Shown here in pieces: positions 12,234 through 24,744 of a DNA stretch of 64,000 bases. Source of the DNA: Setoptus koraiensis (taxonomy: Eukaryota > Animalia > Arthropoda); NCBI GenBank assembly GCA_048013815.1, contig CM106585.1, forward strand, positions 5,642,001 through 5,706,000, written 5' to 3'. The position numbers and the translations under genes are program-made. The first letter of the stretch is position 1. Each line of letters begins with the position of its first letter. Below the pieces are notes generated by a model. The model was given only the letters and a program-made list of their open reading frames with translations. It did not search any database and was not told the DNA's origin.

Positions 12234-12921
12234 ATGAATGTTAATCATGTTTCAGTATTGTTAGCAGCGGTTTACATCGTCTGTATATCATCAATACAAG
12301 TGCAGGCTTTCATAGTAGACAATTGCAGTAAGTTTAAGCTTGTAATCTTATATACAACACTCAACTAATTTCCTATCTCAAATGGAATTTAAAATAATTC
12401 ACACACATTGTTTACTCCCAACCCAGATAAAGATTCGAACAGCGCTCTCGCAAAGTTGGGCCAAATCACTATAAATGGTTGTGGTCAAAGCACCGACGCT
12501 CAAAATGCTAGTTGCATAATGGAACGTGGAACAAACATGTCCATAGGTGTCGAGTTTGTACCAAGTAAGTATCTGATGATTTCAACTGTATAAAGTTCTA
12601 TCAATGAACATCATTACTAACAACTATCCTCCTCCGATCTTTACAGCAACCGCATTAGAATCTGTCCGGGTCAAAATATCAGGAAAAATACACGGTGTCC
12701 CACTACCTTTCCCCGTTCGTCCGGATGAAGCATGCGGAAACTATGGACTAGTATGCCCCTTGAAACCAAACGAGAATGCCTCATTCAAAATGTTGCTGCC
12801 TGTGTTGCGATCGTACCCCAAGTTGCATGTTGATGTTGTATTGGAATTGAGAGATCCATCAAAGAAGACTATTGTGTGCCTAACTTTTCCCGCCGATATC
12901 AAAGACAAATTAGTGCATTAA
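12234..12921 (+). CDS. NPC2: NPC2 / MD-2-related lipid-recognition (ML) domain protein (group-2 mite allergen-like fold); exons 12234-12327, 12427-12564, 12647-12921; 168 aa
   Basis: Signal peptide, six Cys, GKIHGVPLPFP..PDEACGNYGLVCPLK, LPVLRSYPKLHVDVVLEL. Two GTAAGT..CAG introns keep frame (507 nt). Confidence 0.88.
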
Positions 12922-15900
12922 TATATTAATCAATCGACTTGTTCAAATCAAAGATAGCCGAATCAAGGAAAGAAAGCACGAATTCTGCTTGTTAACCATG
13001 TCACATCCGTTACGGATATCTTTTACTTTCAGACAATTGTTATGTACAAAAGTTGTTAATCTTGTAGTTCAGCAACCGTGTCGTGCACGAAGACGCTCAA
13101 CCAATGTTAAATAAATCAACGCTGCAACAACAAGTTTGCCGTTATCTGTTACATTACTTAGCAATTCACTAAACCTATTGCTTGAGCGCCATAGATGAGC
13201 TATATTCTTTTTCCTAGTGGGCTCTCGATTCATAGAGCGAGGTTGACTTGGTGTGATGTTGTTTTCGGAGGCTAGTGTAGAGAGGGGTATATCACAATTG
13301 ATTTTTTTATTTTTTATAGAAATCACAGATACATTCTATAAGTCCGCAAATGCCTACGCATATTAGGCTAGAAATAAGTTGAATTGATTACACGTCCAAA
13401 AGAACAATAGCATTAGACAACTGTCAATGCAAACAAACAGCCAGGCAGACAGGTGTCATTGTTGGCGAGCTAGCACTTTTGAGTCCGACTAACGGGGCAA
13501 AGTTGGTCCCATTGAGCAGATGCGACAACTATAGCACTGGGGATAACAAAGCAGCCATTTCAAATAGTTACCGTCTGTCACAATTTCTATTTTCATAAGC
13601 TTGAGAGAGTAGACAGTTAAGATGAGAAGTGTTCCAATGGAGTCACAGCAGGTATTATTATAGCTTTATGGAAACTATTAACTCGAGCTGCGTATGATAT
13701 TTTGGATCATTGAGCGTCACTGAAAAATGCCAGGAGGAGAGCTTCCAAAAACAACAACATTGAGACTTGTACATTGTTAGGCGAATCAAGGTGATTCTCG
13801 TAATTCGATTGATAGTTGTTATTATCTAACAGTCAATCATGTGATAGTTTCATTGATATTCAACTAATGATTGAAACAAACCGGTGTTGTACGCCAATTA
13901 TTGCACCAATATAGCAATATATTGGTAGCTATATTATATAGCCTATATAGATACTTTTTGCAACCTGTTTTTTTTTTTTGAGAAACAACGAGTTTTTCAT
14001 TTCGTCGTTGTATACCAACAGCCCCTGTATCTGCAACCAATCGATTGGACGAATTGCATGGATACAACGCATCAAAACACCATGTTGATTTGGATAAACA
14101 TCGACAGTTGTGGATAAATGTGGATGGATGTGGATAGATGGGGCAAGGTGTATGTGTTGTTATCCGACGATGTTTTGGTTCGTCTCGTCTGGATAGAGAG
14201 GAGCAAAGGCACGAAAGAAAGGCAAGCACTTCAATTCGGCAGTCGGTGCGGTTGGGGTAACAACAGGAATGAAAATGCGTCGCATTTCGTTCATTCTGTC
14301 ACCTGAGATCGACCTCCAACTAAGACTCTTGAATGGCATCATCATTCACGAGAGATAATTCAAATCGCGATTTTGAGTGCTTCTCAACTGGTCGCCAACA
14401 AAGGATTGCGACAGGCAGACATTTGCAGCAGCAGCAGCAGCGAGTCAACGAGCCATTCCTAGCCACTATTTTAGTTGTTGTTGTTGTTGACATTGTTAAC
14501 TTTTACAAGCATGCTCACGCGTATTAATTATTTGTCAACTTTATGTAATAACATTCGCATTCATTCATTTTTATCTGTTTGCGAACGGCAAAGACTTGTC
14601 GCTTGACACTGAAGTACCCAAACGAGTGTGCCTACACGATGATGCCCACTAACAAGTATTTGTTGTCATTATGAGCAGTTGAGGAAATGTAATATAATGA
14701 GGATAGACAAGAATAGAGACAGGGTTAATTGGCGCTGATGATATTACGTCGCGTTATTATCAACTCGCCAATCTTTCGTCGTTGCTGCCGCAACAATCTC
14801 TTGTCGTTGCTACTGCAACAATCTTGGGCTGTGGCGAGAGCGCTCAGAGAGGCCGCCGCAAGCAACAAGTGCCGGCAGTCTCGCTGGCCAGCTGACTCTG
14901 ACATAGCCACAAGACACAATTTCACTTTTCGAGCAGCTCAATTTACTCGAATAGCTCGAGCTTCTGTCCGCCCACTCGCCGCTATGAACAATGGGGGGCA
15001 CTATTAATAGAATAAAGAGAATTTAAATTGTGAGAGATGACACGTCTTGCTAATTGTCCATTGTGTGATACTCTGGCAACTTGCGAGTCGCAGTTGCTTG
15101 TGTGTCGGGCGATGTTTACCGTTGCGAGGCGCGCTCGATGCAACGAAATGCAGCCAGCAGGCAATTGTCAGACAATCACAAATGGCGGTGATGTTTGCGC
15201 CGGCGATTATCTCCCGTTTGAGCCGCGTCGTCGACGCGGCCCGAGCACGTCATACAATGATAATCGCATGCGTTCGGTATCACCATTATGCCATTACGAC
15301 ATTACGACATTACGACTTTGCCACTTTGCCACTTTGCGAGGCCATTTGTTGTGCGCCGGTTGCCGTCATCGGACGCCCCTTGGCACCGTCATTAGCTCGC
15401 CATCAACCGGCACTAAGTGAGTGGTAACTACGTCGGCACTAATTACACAATTCATCTCGCAGTTCGTTGGGCACCGGGGCTGACTGGCACCGCTGACACC
15501 GACCAGCGGCCACAGGCCGCCTTTGGTCGCTCGCTGATCGCGTCTCGCCGCTCACCTGTTCGATTGTTGCTGTCGTCGTTGTTGTTGCCGTTGTTGTTGT
15601 TGCTGCTGTTGCTGCCGTCGTTGTTGTTGTTGTTGCCGTTGTTGGTGTTGTTGTTGCTGTTGTTGTTGGGATGCTGCGAGCCGCATCTCCGGCAACAAGG
15701 CAGCGCTCACTGGCTTGCTATTATTACATTCACAGGGCTCACAGCATCGCCATTCACAACAATTGCGCGACTGTTGCCGCTGTTGTTGTTGCCGCTGTTG
15801 TTGTTGCCGCTGTCGTTGTTGTTGTTGTCGTTGTTGTTGTTGTGGCGTGCACTGGACACAGCCTCACAAATTATGTTGTTGTCATGTAATTTGTGACGCG

Positions 15901-16694
15901 GCCAGCCAGCCAGTCGGCCGGTTAGCCACACACAAAAGCTGCATCGTTTGATTGCGCCGTGGACCGTGGACGCTCTCAAAGGTTGTGCACACGACCAGCG
16001 AGCCGGCGAGCTAATGGCAGTTTGATTGGTGGCCGGCTCGGCTGGGATAAAATAATAATAGCAATAATAATAGCGATCCCTGCTGTCGGTGTTGGCTGCC
16101 ATTTGGGCAGCATGGACCGACAGCAGCGACCAATTACAAACAGCCGACGGACAAAACAGGCCACCGATCGGACGTGATAGACGGCCAGCCAAAGAATGGC
16201 CGATCACGGCCAGCACGGATGACTACGTGTCTCTCCCCATCGTGGAGACTCTATTGCCCACTTTAAATGCCCACTTGTGGCCGGGGAGAGCGACTAAGTA
16301 AAAGAGCGACTTTAAACGCTGTCGTCGTTGTTGTTGGTGTTGTTGTTGTTGGTGTTGGTGTTGTCGTTCTTTCGGCCGGTTCGTTCTTTTCGATTTGTGT
16401 GTCCGTTGGCAGCCGTTGCGTTCGCACACGGCCATCGTGTGGCCGCGCTGGTATTGCGCAACAGCGGCCGCGGCTCGATTCGAAATGCCAAGGGTCGCTT
16501 CTTTTCTAATTTAGTCTCTCCAGCGGTTGCAGTGGCAATCTCAAGCACCACTAGTCACACAACAAGCCTTGCGCTGGCAACGTTTTGTATTAGACAACAG
16601 CAACAACAGCAACAACAGCGACGGCAACAACGACAGCAACATCGACAGCAACAAGTTGTTTGCAACCGCCGCCGTCAGCTGATGAGCAGCCAGC

Positions 16695-16764
16695 GAGTCT
16701 CTGGCAGAGAGTCTCTGGCAGGGATTCGCTGGCAGAGAGTCGCTGGCAGATAGTCGCTGGCAAA
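16695..16764. repeat. 14-bp degenerate tandem repeat x5
   Basis: GAGTCTCTGGCAGA-type units drifting to TAGTCGCTGGCAAA. Confidence 0.85.
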
Positions 16765-17300
16765 CGAAGGCACACACACACACACACACACAGCTAACAG
16801 CTATGTGTGGTTACGTCATGTAAACGTTAGCATAATCACATTGAGCGTCATCGGCGTCATCGTGGCAAGATATTCTTTATTCTTTTTTCCGTTTTCTTCG
16901 TTCAATCTCGGCGGCGGCGGTGGCGCTCGCACGGCGATGATAGTGGCATTAACAGTGGCGCTGGCAGTGCCAATGGCAGCAGCGCGATTCAAGGCGCTTC
17001 ACTGAGCGCCGAGTGCAATTTTTTGCACTCGATGCCTGCCGATCTGCTCTTTTGATACCGACCTCTCCTTCGATTTGACAAGCCACGCTCACACAAACGT
17101 TTCGTCGTCGTTTCTATTTGCGCTGGCTCCGGCAGACAGTGTTTGCCAAACGCACACTCGCCGAGAACGGACGCAGAGTTATGCAACTAGTTGCGAGTTA
17201 TTACGACAAGCGATATCAGCGACACCAGCAACAGCGACGCCAATAGCAAGCGGCAACATCGCGAGATCGTGTTTTGGTTGCTGGCGAGCAGTCCTTCACA

Positions 17301-17356
17301 GTTTGTCAGTTTGCCAGTTTGTCAGTCTGCCAGTTTGCCAGTTTGCCAGTTTGCCA
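17301..17356. repeat. 8-bp tandem repeat x7 (GTTTGYCA)
   Basis: Read directly. Confidence 0.9.
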
Positions 17357-17836
17357 ATCGCGTCAACGGGCCCGGCACAAACCGGCGAAAATCGCTCAGG
17401 CGCCCAATAGGATATCATCAGCAGCGAGTGCGATCTAAGAGAGACAGGCGATCTAAAATCGCTCATTTTTGCTCTAATAGCGCCACAATTGAGCCAACAA
17501 CGCAACAAGTGATTACGCCAATAACGCAACAAGCGATTACGCAAATAACGCAACAAGCGCAATAACGCTCAACAGTAACATGCAAAAATGTGTCAACATG
17601 TCGCAGTGAGATTAGCAACGTCTCTAGTCGCTCCAATTGTGCAAATAAGCAAAAAGAAAAGTTTCGCTCCGCTGGCCTCATTGTTGTCCGATGTGATGCT
17701 ACTCGTTCAGCAGACCAGTTTGTATCAGCAAGCGATTTGCATTTAGTTTAGTCAGCGTCGTCGTCGTCGTCGTCGTTAGAGCAACAGCGACACAACTCAC
17801 AGTGACTCATCAACCAACATACAACCCGCAAACACC

Positions 17837-20077
17837 ATGCCAACGATACTTAGCCGCTTGGCTAGACGCGTCGAAGTGTGGTCATTCAAATATAATTGCT
17901 ATGAGGCGGTGCACCCGTGGACGCCCTTCTGCTCCGACGGCGCCCTCGACATTGGCTCCACGGTGTTCGTGGAGGCCGTCAAACTGTACACCCCCCTTTA
18001 CCTGGTAAGGCCAGCCTATTACTATTAATTGTCTACCAGCGCCATTCACGTGACTGACAAATTTCAACCTCGCAAACCTCAATCAATTTCAGCGACTAAT
18101 CGTTGTCACAAAACTCTCAAATTCACTCTTGTCAAATTAGTTTTCTCAATTCATGCGCCGCAGGTACGACGCCAACAGCTTCAAGGAGACGGGCCTCTCG
18201 ATAGTGCGCTCCACGTCGTTCATATCGACCAATGCCTACTTTGCCATCCTGTTCTTTTGCTCATCGCAGTAAGTAGATTTTTTAGAGTTTTTTCTAGAGT
18301 TTTTCTCGGGGTCCGCATCCGAGTTTCGTCTGTCAGAGGCGCCGAGTTTCGTCTGTCAGAGGCGCCGAGTTTCGTCTGTCAGAGGCGCCGAGTTTCGTCT
18401 GTCTGGAGCGCCGAGAGCACGGTGCAAGCTGCCAACACGATACGCAATCGCAATCGCTGACGCTATTCGCGCGTGAATACTAATAATAATATTTTATTAT
18501 TATATTGTTTCGTCCGCAGAAGGTTGACCGGCAAGTTTTACTACTATTTCGCCGCCTACTTACCAGGTGAGTACCGGTTGTTGCAAAGGAACTCGACACA
18601 ACTGGCTTCAACTGGAGACAAAATTTCAACAAAAAACTAATTATCAATAACTAATCATCATATTTAAACGTGCCGACCAATTCGACTGAATAAAACGGGC
18701 AGCTTTCGTCGCCAGTGCCATGGCCATCCTGATTGAGAGGCCGATGCGGCGCTCCTCGCTGGCATTTTACGTGGCCAACATTGCCACCGAGACCCTGTTC
18801 CGGATAGCCGTGGCCAGGGGCACCATCAAGGCGGTCAACAATGGCCAGGTGTACATATTTACCATCTCCATGGCGGTCATAATGATGCTGGCCAAAAAGA
18901 ACGGCTTCGAGGACGATCCGTTGAGCACCGCCATCCGCTTGGTGGTGGGCGCCGAGGAGGCCCGGCCCAGGCGGCCCAGGACAATGAAAAGTGATGAGCA
19001 CATTTGCGACCAGCAGCAATCAGCGGCAGCAGCAGCACAATTACAGTTACATAATAACAATGCTGCCCAACAACAACAACAACAACAACAGACAAGCACT
19101 AGTGAGACAGCAAGCGAACGAAAGTCATTGGACACATTAGGCAACAACACAACACAACACAACCAACATTTCATTATTCGGCTCAAAAATACCATAATGA
19201 CCCTGTTAAATGCTCAACACAAACTGTGTCCACATCAACATTTAGGCTCTTGCGTTTATTATATATTTAGGTCTAGCTTTAGGAGCTTTCTCATCGGTTA
19301 CCTGGGACAATTGTCGCTGAAATTGCTAACTAGATCCTATGTGATTGTTAGAAATCCCTCCATGATCGTCACTATGGCAACGCAACGCTCCGTGTTGAAT
19401 CTGGGCCTATTCTTGTCAACATTCACAACCCTATACAAGCTGACCAGTTGCGCGCTCCGCTGGACCACAAACACCTCTAGCGCCACCAATTGTTTTATCG
19501 CCAGCTTGGTGGCCGGCCCGGCCATGCTCATATACCCCTCGTCCACCATAAGCCTCTACGTCATGTGGAAGTGCCTCGAGGTAAGTCGAAACAGCCGCCG
19601 ACTCACCATTTCGAAAAATCTAATTCCCGTCCGCTAATGACCCCGCCAACTAATTACCGATAATTTGCTCCGCCCTTCAACTGCCCGCCCCAACCGACCG
19701 CCCGCCCGTCGAATCACCGACCGACCGCCTCACCCGACCAGGCGCTGTTCCACGAGGCCGTGCGACGGGGCCTCATCAGGCACAAGAACCTGTTCATCAT
19801 ATTCTTGTACGCAATATCAACCAGTCAACTGTTTTACTCGGCCATTTTGGACCCCAGATACATGAAATCGAGCTACATGTCATTCTTGGATCGCATGAGC
19901 GACCACAGATTGCACCAGCTCAACAGGTCCGTTTTGGACGTTTTCGGCACGGACGCCTCATCCGGCTACGAGGACTATTTTCCTAATCTTCATCCAAAGT
20001 TTATGTCGACCGCCTTCCAGGAATCCATTTGGATATGGCTGCTGGAGAACAAATTCTCGCCCAATTACATAAGATGA
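17837..20077 (+). CDS. TMEM135: TMEM135 (PMP52-like); exons 17837-18004, 18141-18268, 18520-18566, 18703-19580, 19742-20077; 518 aa
   Basis: YNCYEAVHPW..C, KLYTPLYL, RSTSFISTNAYF, AILIERPMRRSSLAFYVANIATETLFR and LYAISTSQLFYSAILDP match TMEM135. Four GT..AG introns keep frame (1557 nt). Confidence 0.92.
18319..18415. repeat. 23-bp minisatellite, about 4 copies, in TMEM135 intron 2
   Basis: Unit CCGAGTTTCGTCTGTCAGAGGCG: three exact copies plus one variant. Confidence 0.93.
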
Positions 20078-21010
20078 CCAAGCGCTTGACCGTGCTGCGA
20101 AAAACGTGATGCCCAGTTAAACACCGATTAGCTTTTTGAGGGCGCCCATGTTTTTGAGGGCTGGCCACCATCGCTCGCGTGCCTGTTCAACCGATTGACG
20201 AGATTGCGAGTGCAAAAACATTTCGAAACAAGCATCGCCCAATGCAATAAACAAATACCAAAGGTGATGGAATAATAATGGCGATTTCTTTTCTTTCATT
20301 TCAATTGATTGAGTCCGAGATCTCACTCACCTGTTGACTTGTGTTGACCGCGTGCGGCTCGTGGCGGCCCCATTTTATATCCGCTCTTGCCCGATCCAAT
20401 TCGAGCAATGTCAACCAAGCAATCGTGATCGGATTCGGGCCACACTCACATTTCGTTCTGACGCAGCACTGCCAAAAATTTGTCAGCATCCAAACATGCT
20501 CGTGACAGAGAAACGTTTTGAATATACACGATTCCGAGTAGTGATTCACTAGTAGTGAAAACCGAAAAATCTGACGTTTCGATCTCACAGAAACCGATTC
20601 TGAGTAGTTAGTTCAGCATCCATCTCGTTCTCTCCATTTATGACTGACTACTAGTCAGTGACTAGAAAGCGTGAGTTTCTGTAACGCCCGCACGAGATGC
20701 CACCGGCAACTGTTCGACCGGAAGTGCAAACTTCGGCCAAGAGATAATCCGCGTTGCCGCAAAACTGTCTCGTGCATGGGGGCGAATTGCATAACATGCA
20801 ATAGTGATTAAATTATAGTGGTGACGTAACATTCATTGGAACAATTTATTGTACACTGTAACTAGTCGACTATTTACACAAATATTTACATCGCGCAACT
20901 CGCACGCACTTTCCGGCCCGCCGAGCACTATCGCCATAGCGATGCGTTCATGCGGCGAGCCACCATAGTTCCGGCGCGCGCGTTCGCGATATCGGGATGT
21001 TGTGGGTTGT

Positions 21011-22447
21011 CTAGTAGATGCCGCCGTGCAGTATGAGGAAGCTCTTGCGCCTAAGCGGGCGCCCGTCGAACATCACCGGCGACGAGTCGATCTGGTTCTC
21101 GAGGTGATTGTTGATGTTCTTGCTGTTCAATCGAATTTTCTTCTGCTTCTCGAAATCGCTCAAATTTATCCTGCCGTCCGTGAATCGAAATATCTTTGGC
21201 CACACCTTGGCGCCTGGCGCGCTCAGCGACCCCGGTCCGCCGGCGCCGCCCGGGGCCGCGTCCACCGGCTGCACGTTTGAGTGGGCCGAGTGGTCGCCGC
21301 GCTGCGGTCCGTCAAACGGAGTATGAAAGCCGGGAATGCCCGCCAGGCCCGGTCCCAGTCCGAAGGGCAGGCCCGGCCCGAGTCCGTTGCTGTCCAGACT
21401 GTTTGAGGACGCTTGTTTCGGGTGCGGGCCGCCCGCGCCGCCGCCGCCGAACATGCCGCCGAATGGCGAGCCGCCGGGCTGTTGCGGGCCGGGCACGGCC
21501 AGCGCCAGCGGATTCAATTCTTGGCCCGCCTGCAATTGATTAGATAGTTGTCGGCGCTGAAATAGAGCGTTCATGGCCGCCTGATGATGGCGCCCATTGA
21601 CCGCAACGGCGTCGTCCATGGCGCTGTGCGGATCTTGGTTGTTGCTGTTGTCGGCCTGGCCGTTGCTGGTGGCGCCGCCACCCTGGATGCTGCCAAAGGG
21701 TGACGCTGAATGCTGATCGTTGAAAAAGTTGAGCATTTCCGCCGGCGCGGACATGTGCGCATGATGCGGGTGATGATGGTGATGGCCGTGGGCCATGGGC
21801 GGCGCTAGCGGCTCGTTGAAGAACGACGCAATGGGCTGCCGGGTGGCCGCCATGGGCGTCTGGAGGGCGGCGGAAGTGGTGGCCGTGTTGTAGTCTGAGT
21901 CGTCGCCGTTGTCGGTGGCTGGCGCATTGTTGTTGTTGTTGCTGTTGTGTGTCCTGTGAATGATAAATTGGCGCTGCCTGCTAATGGTGCCCGCATGGCC
22001 CGCTTGGCCGGGCAGTTCGTCGTCTTCGGCGACCGCGTTGGTCGGGCCGCTCGCCATTTCGGGCGCGCCAGCGGAGCCGCCAAGCGACGGGTCGCCGGCC
22101 CCAAGGGCGCCGGCGGCCGCTTGCGGGCTGGACGAGCCGTCGTCGTCGTTCTCTTCGGCGTAGCTGGCGTCGCTGGGCGACCCGTCCGCTTGGTCTGCGT
22201 CACCGTCGCCCAGCGAGCTGCTGTCCGCGCCGGAACTGCTGACGCACTGAACCAGGCCCACGAGGTACGGGTAGAGCGGCGGCTGGCCGGCACTTGTGAG
22301 CGCCGGCCTCAGCAGCGGGCCGGCGTCGCGGGCCACCGACTGGCACAATAGTGTGGCCAGCGCGGCCACCAGTACGGATTTGCATAGCGCAACGTGCAGC
22401 TGCGAGCTGGCCAGCGTGTTGCGTTTGTTTGGCGCGGGGCTCGGCAT
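21011..22447 (-). CDS. Secreted low-complexity (Gly/Pro/Asn/His/Asp-rich) protein with a compact C-terminal motif; single exon, 478 aa
   Basis: Long ORF with GC3-rich codon use, a hydrophobic signal-like segment (LHVALCKSVLVAALATLLCQSVA), and a non-repetitive tail KVWPKIFRFTDGRINLSDFEKQKKIRL...GRPLRRKSFLILHGGIY. Family not recognised. Confidence 0.8.
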   Translation of the reverse strand: MPSPAPNKRNTLASSQLHVALCKSVLVAALATLLCQSVARDAGPLLRPALTSAGQPPLYPYLVGLVQCVSSSGADSSSLGDGDADQADGSPSDASYAEENDDDGSSSPQAAAGALGAGDPSLGGSAGAPEMASGPTNAVAEDDELPGQAGHAGTISRQRQFIIHRTHNSNNNNNAPATDNGDDSDYNTATTSAALQTPMAATRQPIASFFNEPLAPPMAHGHHHHHPHHAHMSAPAEMLNFFNDQHSASPFGSIQGGGATSNGQADNSNNQDPHSAMDDAVAVNGRHHQAAMNALFQRRQLSNQLQAGQELNPLALAVPGPQQPGGSPFGGMFGGGGAGGPHPKQASSNSLDSNGLGPGLPFGLGPGLAGIPGFHTPFDGPQRGDHSAHSNVQPVDAAPGGAGGPGSLSAPGAKVWPKIFRFTDGRINLSDFEKQKKIRLNSKNINNHLENQIDSSPVMFDGRPLRRKSFLILHGGIY

Positions 22448-23524
22448 TTGTTTGGCCTGTGTTTGTTGTGTTGGTTTGTTGATCGGCCCGCTGTTTCGGC
22501 CCGTTGGTCGGCCCGCTGTTTCGGGCGGTTATTTGGGCCCGTCGGCGCTGCTGCCAATCGCTGGCTCGCTGGTCATAAATGGGGGCCGATTTCGGGCCGG
22601 GATCGTCGCTCGGTTCTCGCGCCGGACTCTGCTCAAATGTGCGCCGAGTTTCTTCTGCTCGAATGTGCGCCGATTTTCTGTGGCTTCGTGCGCCGATTCT
22701 CTCAGTTGTCGCCGTGATTTTCTCGGTCGGCGCCGATGGGCGAAACCCGCGAAACTGCGACTATGGCGAAAACTGCGACGACTGCGAATATCGCGATAGA
22801 TGCGAATGTCGCGATAGTTGCGAATGTCGCGAAAACGGCGAGTATTGCGAAATTGGCCTCGAAATCAGAGTTCGCACTGCGACTCGCCTAGCGAAAGGGG
22901 AACTGCGTTTCTGTCGGTCGCGATCGTTGCGTCGGGACACTGTCAGCGGGCGCCTTTTCTTCTTGCGCTTCTTGGGTCGCTTGTGCGCGGTCTTCTTCAA
23001 CTTGTGTCGTTGCTTTATCTGCCTCTTCTTTTGCCTGTTCTGTTGCCGTCTCACTAATTGCATCACTTTTGTCACGAGTGGCCTCCGACACGATGGGCTG
23101 TTGCTGCTGCTGCTGCAAGCTGGCCGCTGCAATCATGTGGCGCGTTGCTGCATGCTGCTGTTTGCACTGTCGAGTTGTCGAGTTGGGGGCGGCTTGCTGA
23201 TTGGCGAATTCACTAGTTCGGTTCGATTCGGTTCACTGTGGTTCGGTTCGGTTCACTGTGGTTCGGTTTGCGTTTGTTTGTTCGCTGTTGACACTGATCG
23301 TTGATCGGCGATGCTGACTGATGACTGACGACTGATGACCGATGGCGGATCTCTGACGGTGTCACACTGATTCGGGTTGGCGGTGCGGATTCTAAACGCC
23401 GATTCGCGATGCTGACTGGTGACCGTGCTGCGGCCACTCTGATGCGGCGACTGCGTTGTGGCGACTGCGATGTGGCGCGGGCGTTCGGGCGCGCGGCTGG
23501 CCGGGCTTGTTCGGGCCGATTGCT

Positions 23525-23579
23525 CGCGATAACTCAGTTCGGAAATATTTGCCCGCGATAACTCAGTTCGGAAATATTT
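23525..23579. repeat. 26-bp direct repeat with 29-bp period
   Basis: CGCGATAACTCAGTTCGGAAATATTT at 23525 and 23554. Confidence 0.9.
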
Positions 23580-24694
23580 TCTTTTTCTTGTTCAGTTCGC
23601 GCAATAACTGTCGCTATTGGCACTTGTTGTTATTATGCCGCCTGTCGCAGTGTGATCACAGTGTGATGTGACAAGCTCTGGTGTGTGGTTAGCACGTTGC
23701 CAGGGCAACGAGTGACGCAAATAATATTAACTTTGCTGCCGACACAAACGCCAACAGCAAATTGCCTGACTACTTTTGGTTGTGTGTGTGTGTGTGTGTG
23801 TGTATCTTTAATTAAAACATGTTTGTTTCGGCCCAAGAGCAGCCTTGTTCGCACTGTCGTTCGTTAGGCCAGCGACTGTGGGCCAGCGAGCTTGCCAATT
23901 GACGCCAAGATTGGAATTGTAACTCAACTGATATGTTGAACACTTTTCGCCTGTCGCTGCTGCTGCTGCGGCCGCACTAGTAACTAAATAATAACTGAAT
24001 AATGACTCAAGAATGACTGAATAATAAACACACACTAAATAATAACTAAATCGAGAGAGGGCTCGCTAGCACAGCTGAGCACAGGCGAGCGCGGCTGAGC
24101 TCAGGTGAGCGCAAACAGGCACAGGTGAGCGCGGCTAATGCACGGCTGCGCGGCCGGGTATAGCCAGTTAGCGGACGGCTGGATGGCGGCGGCGTCGGCG
24201 GCCTGATTCTGCTGATAGCAATAACAATTCTTCTAATAGTAATAATAACGATTCTTCTAATAACAACTCCACTAATAGTTGCGGCGACAAATTCAAGTTT
24301 AATTTATCATTTGCAGCCGCTCGCTGCACTCAAGTGAGCCGCCGCTAGTGGCGCTGGCAAGCGAGTGGGCGCGGCGATTGTTGTTGTCGTTGTTGTTTAT
24401 TATCGCTGGTTGTTGCTGCTGTTGTTGGCGTTGCTGCTGTTGTCGCTGTTGTCGCACTTGTTGCTGTTGCTGTCTGTCGTTGTTGCGCCCGCTCGCTCGC
24501 TATCTGCTTGTTGTTGTTTGCTGTAACTGTTATTGTTGTTGTGACCGTCACTTATCCAGATAATTTATATTACGACTTGTATTGTGATTTGCAATGATAT
24601 ACTGGCGCCAATTAATTACCGTCGCCGATTGAGCACGAGCTTGCCGTTTGCGAATTCCCGGCGAACTGTCGCCACTGTCTTAGACAGTGTCTAT

Positions 24695-24696
<2 letters not shown>

Positions 24697-24740
<44 letters not shown>
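24697..24740. repeat. (GT)n microsatellite
   Basis: Read directly. Confidence 0.95.

Positions 24741-24744
<4 letters not shown>

Noticed and set aside
13069-14345. Minus-strand ORFs with dibasic sites suggesting a neuropeptide precursor
   Set aside because: No signal peptide, no repeated amidated motif, and no consistent exon chain.
14700-17800. Dozens of 60-170 aa ORFs on both strands (poly-L, poly-C, poly-Q)
   Set aside because: They are translations of (GTT)n/(GCT)n and other simple repeats in GC-rich, stop-poor DNA, with no domain motifs or consistent splice structure.
18319-18415. Repeat array as CRISPR-like
   Set aside because: Units are contiguous with no unique spacers, they lie in a eukaryotic intron, and no cas genes are present.
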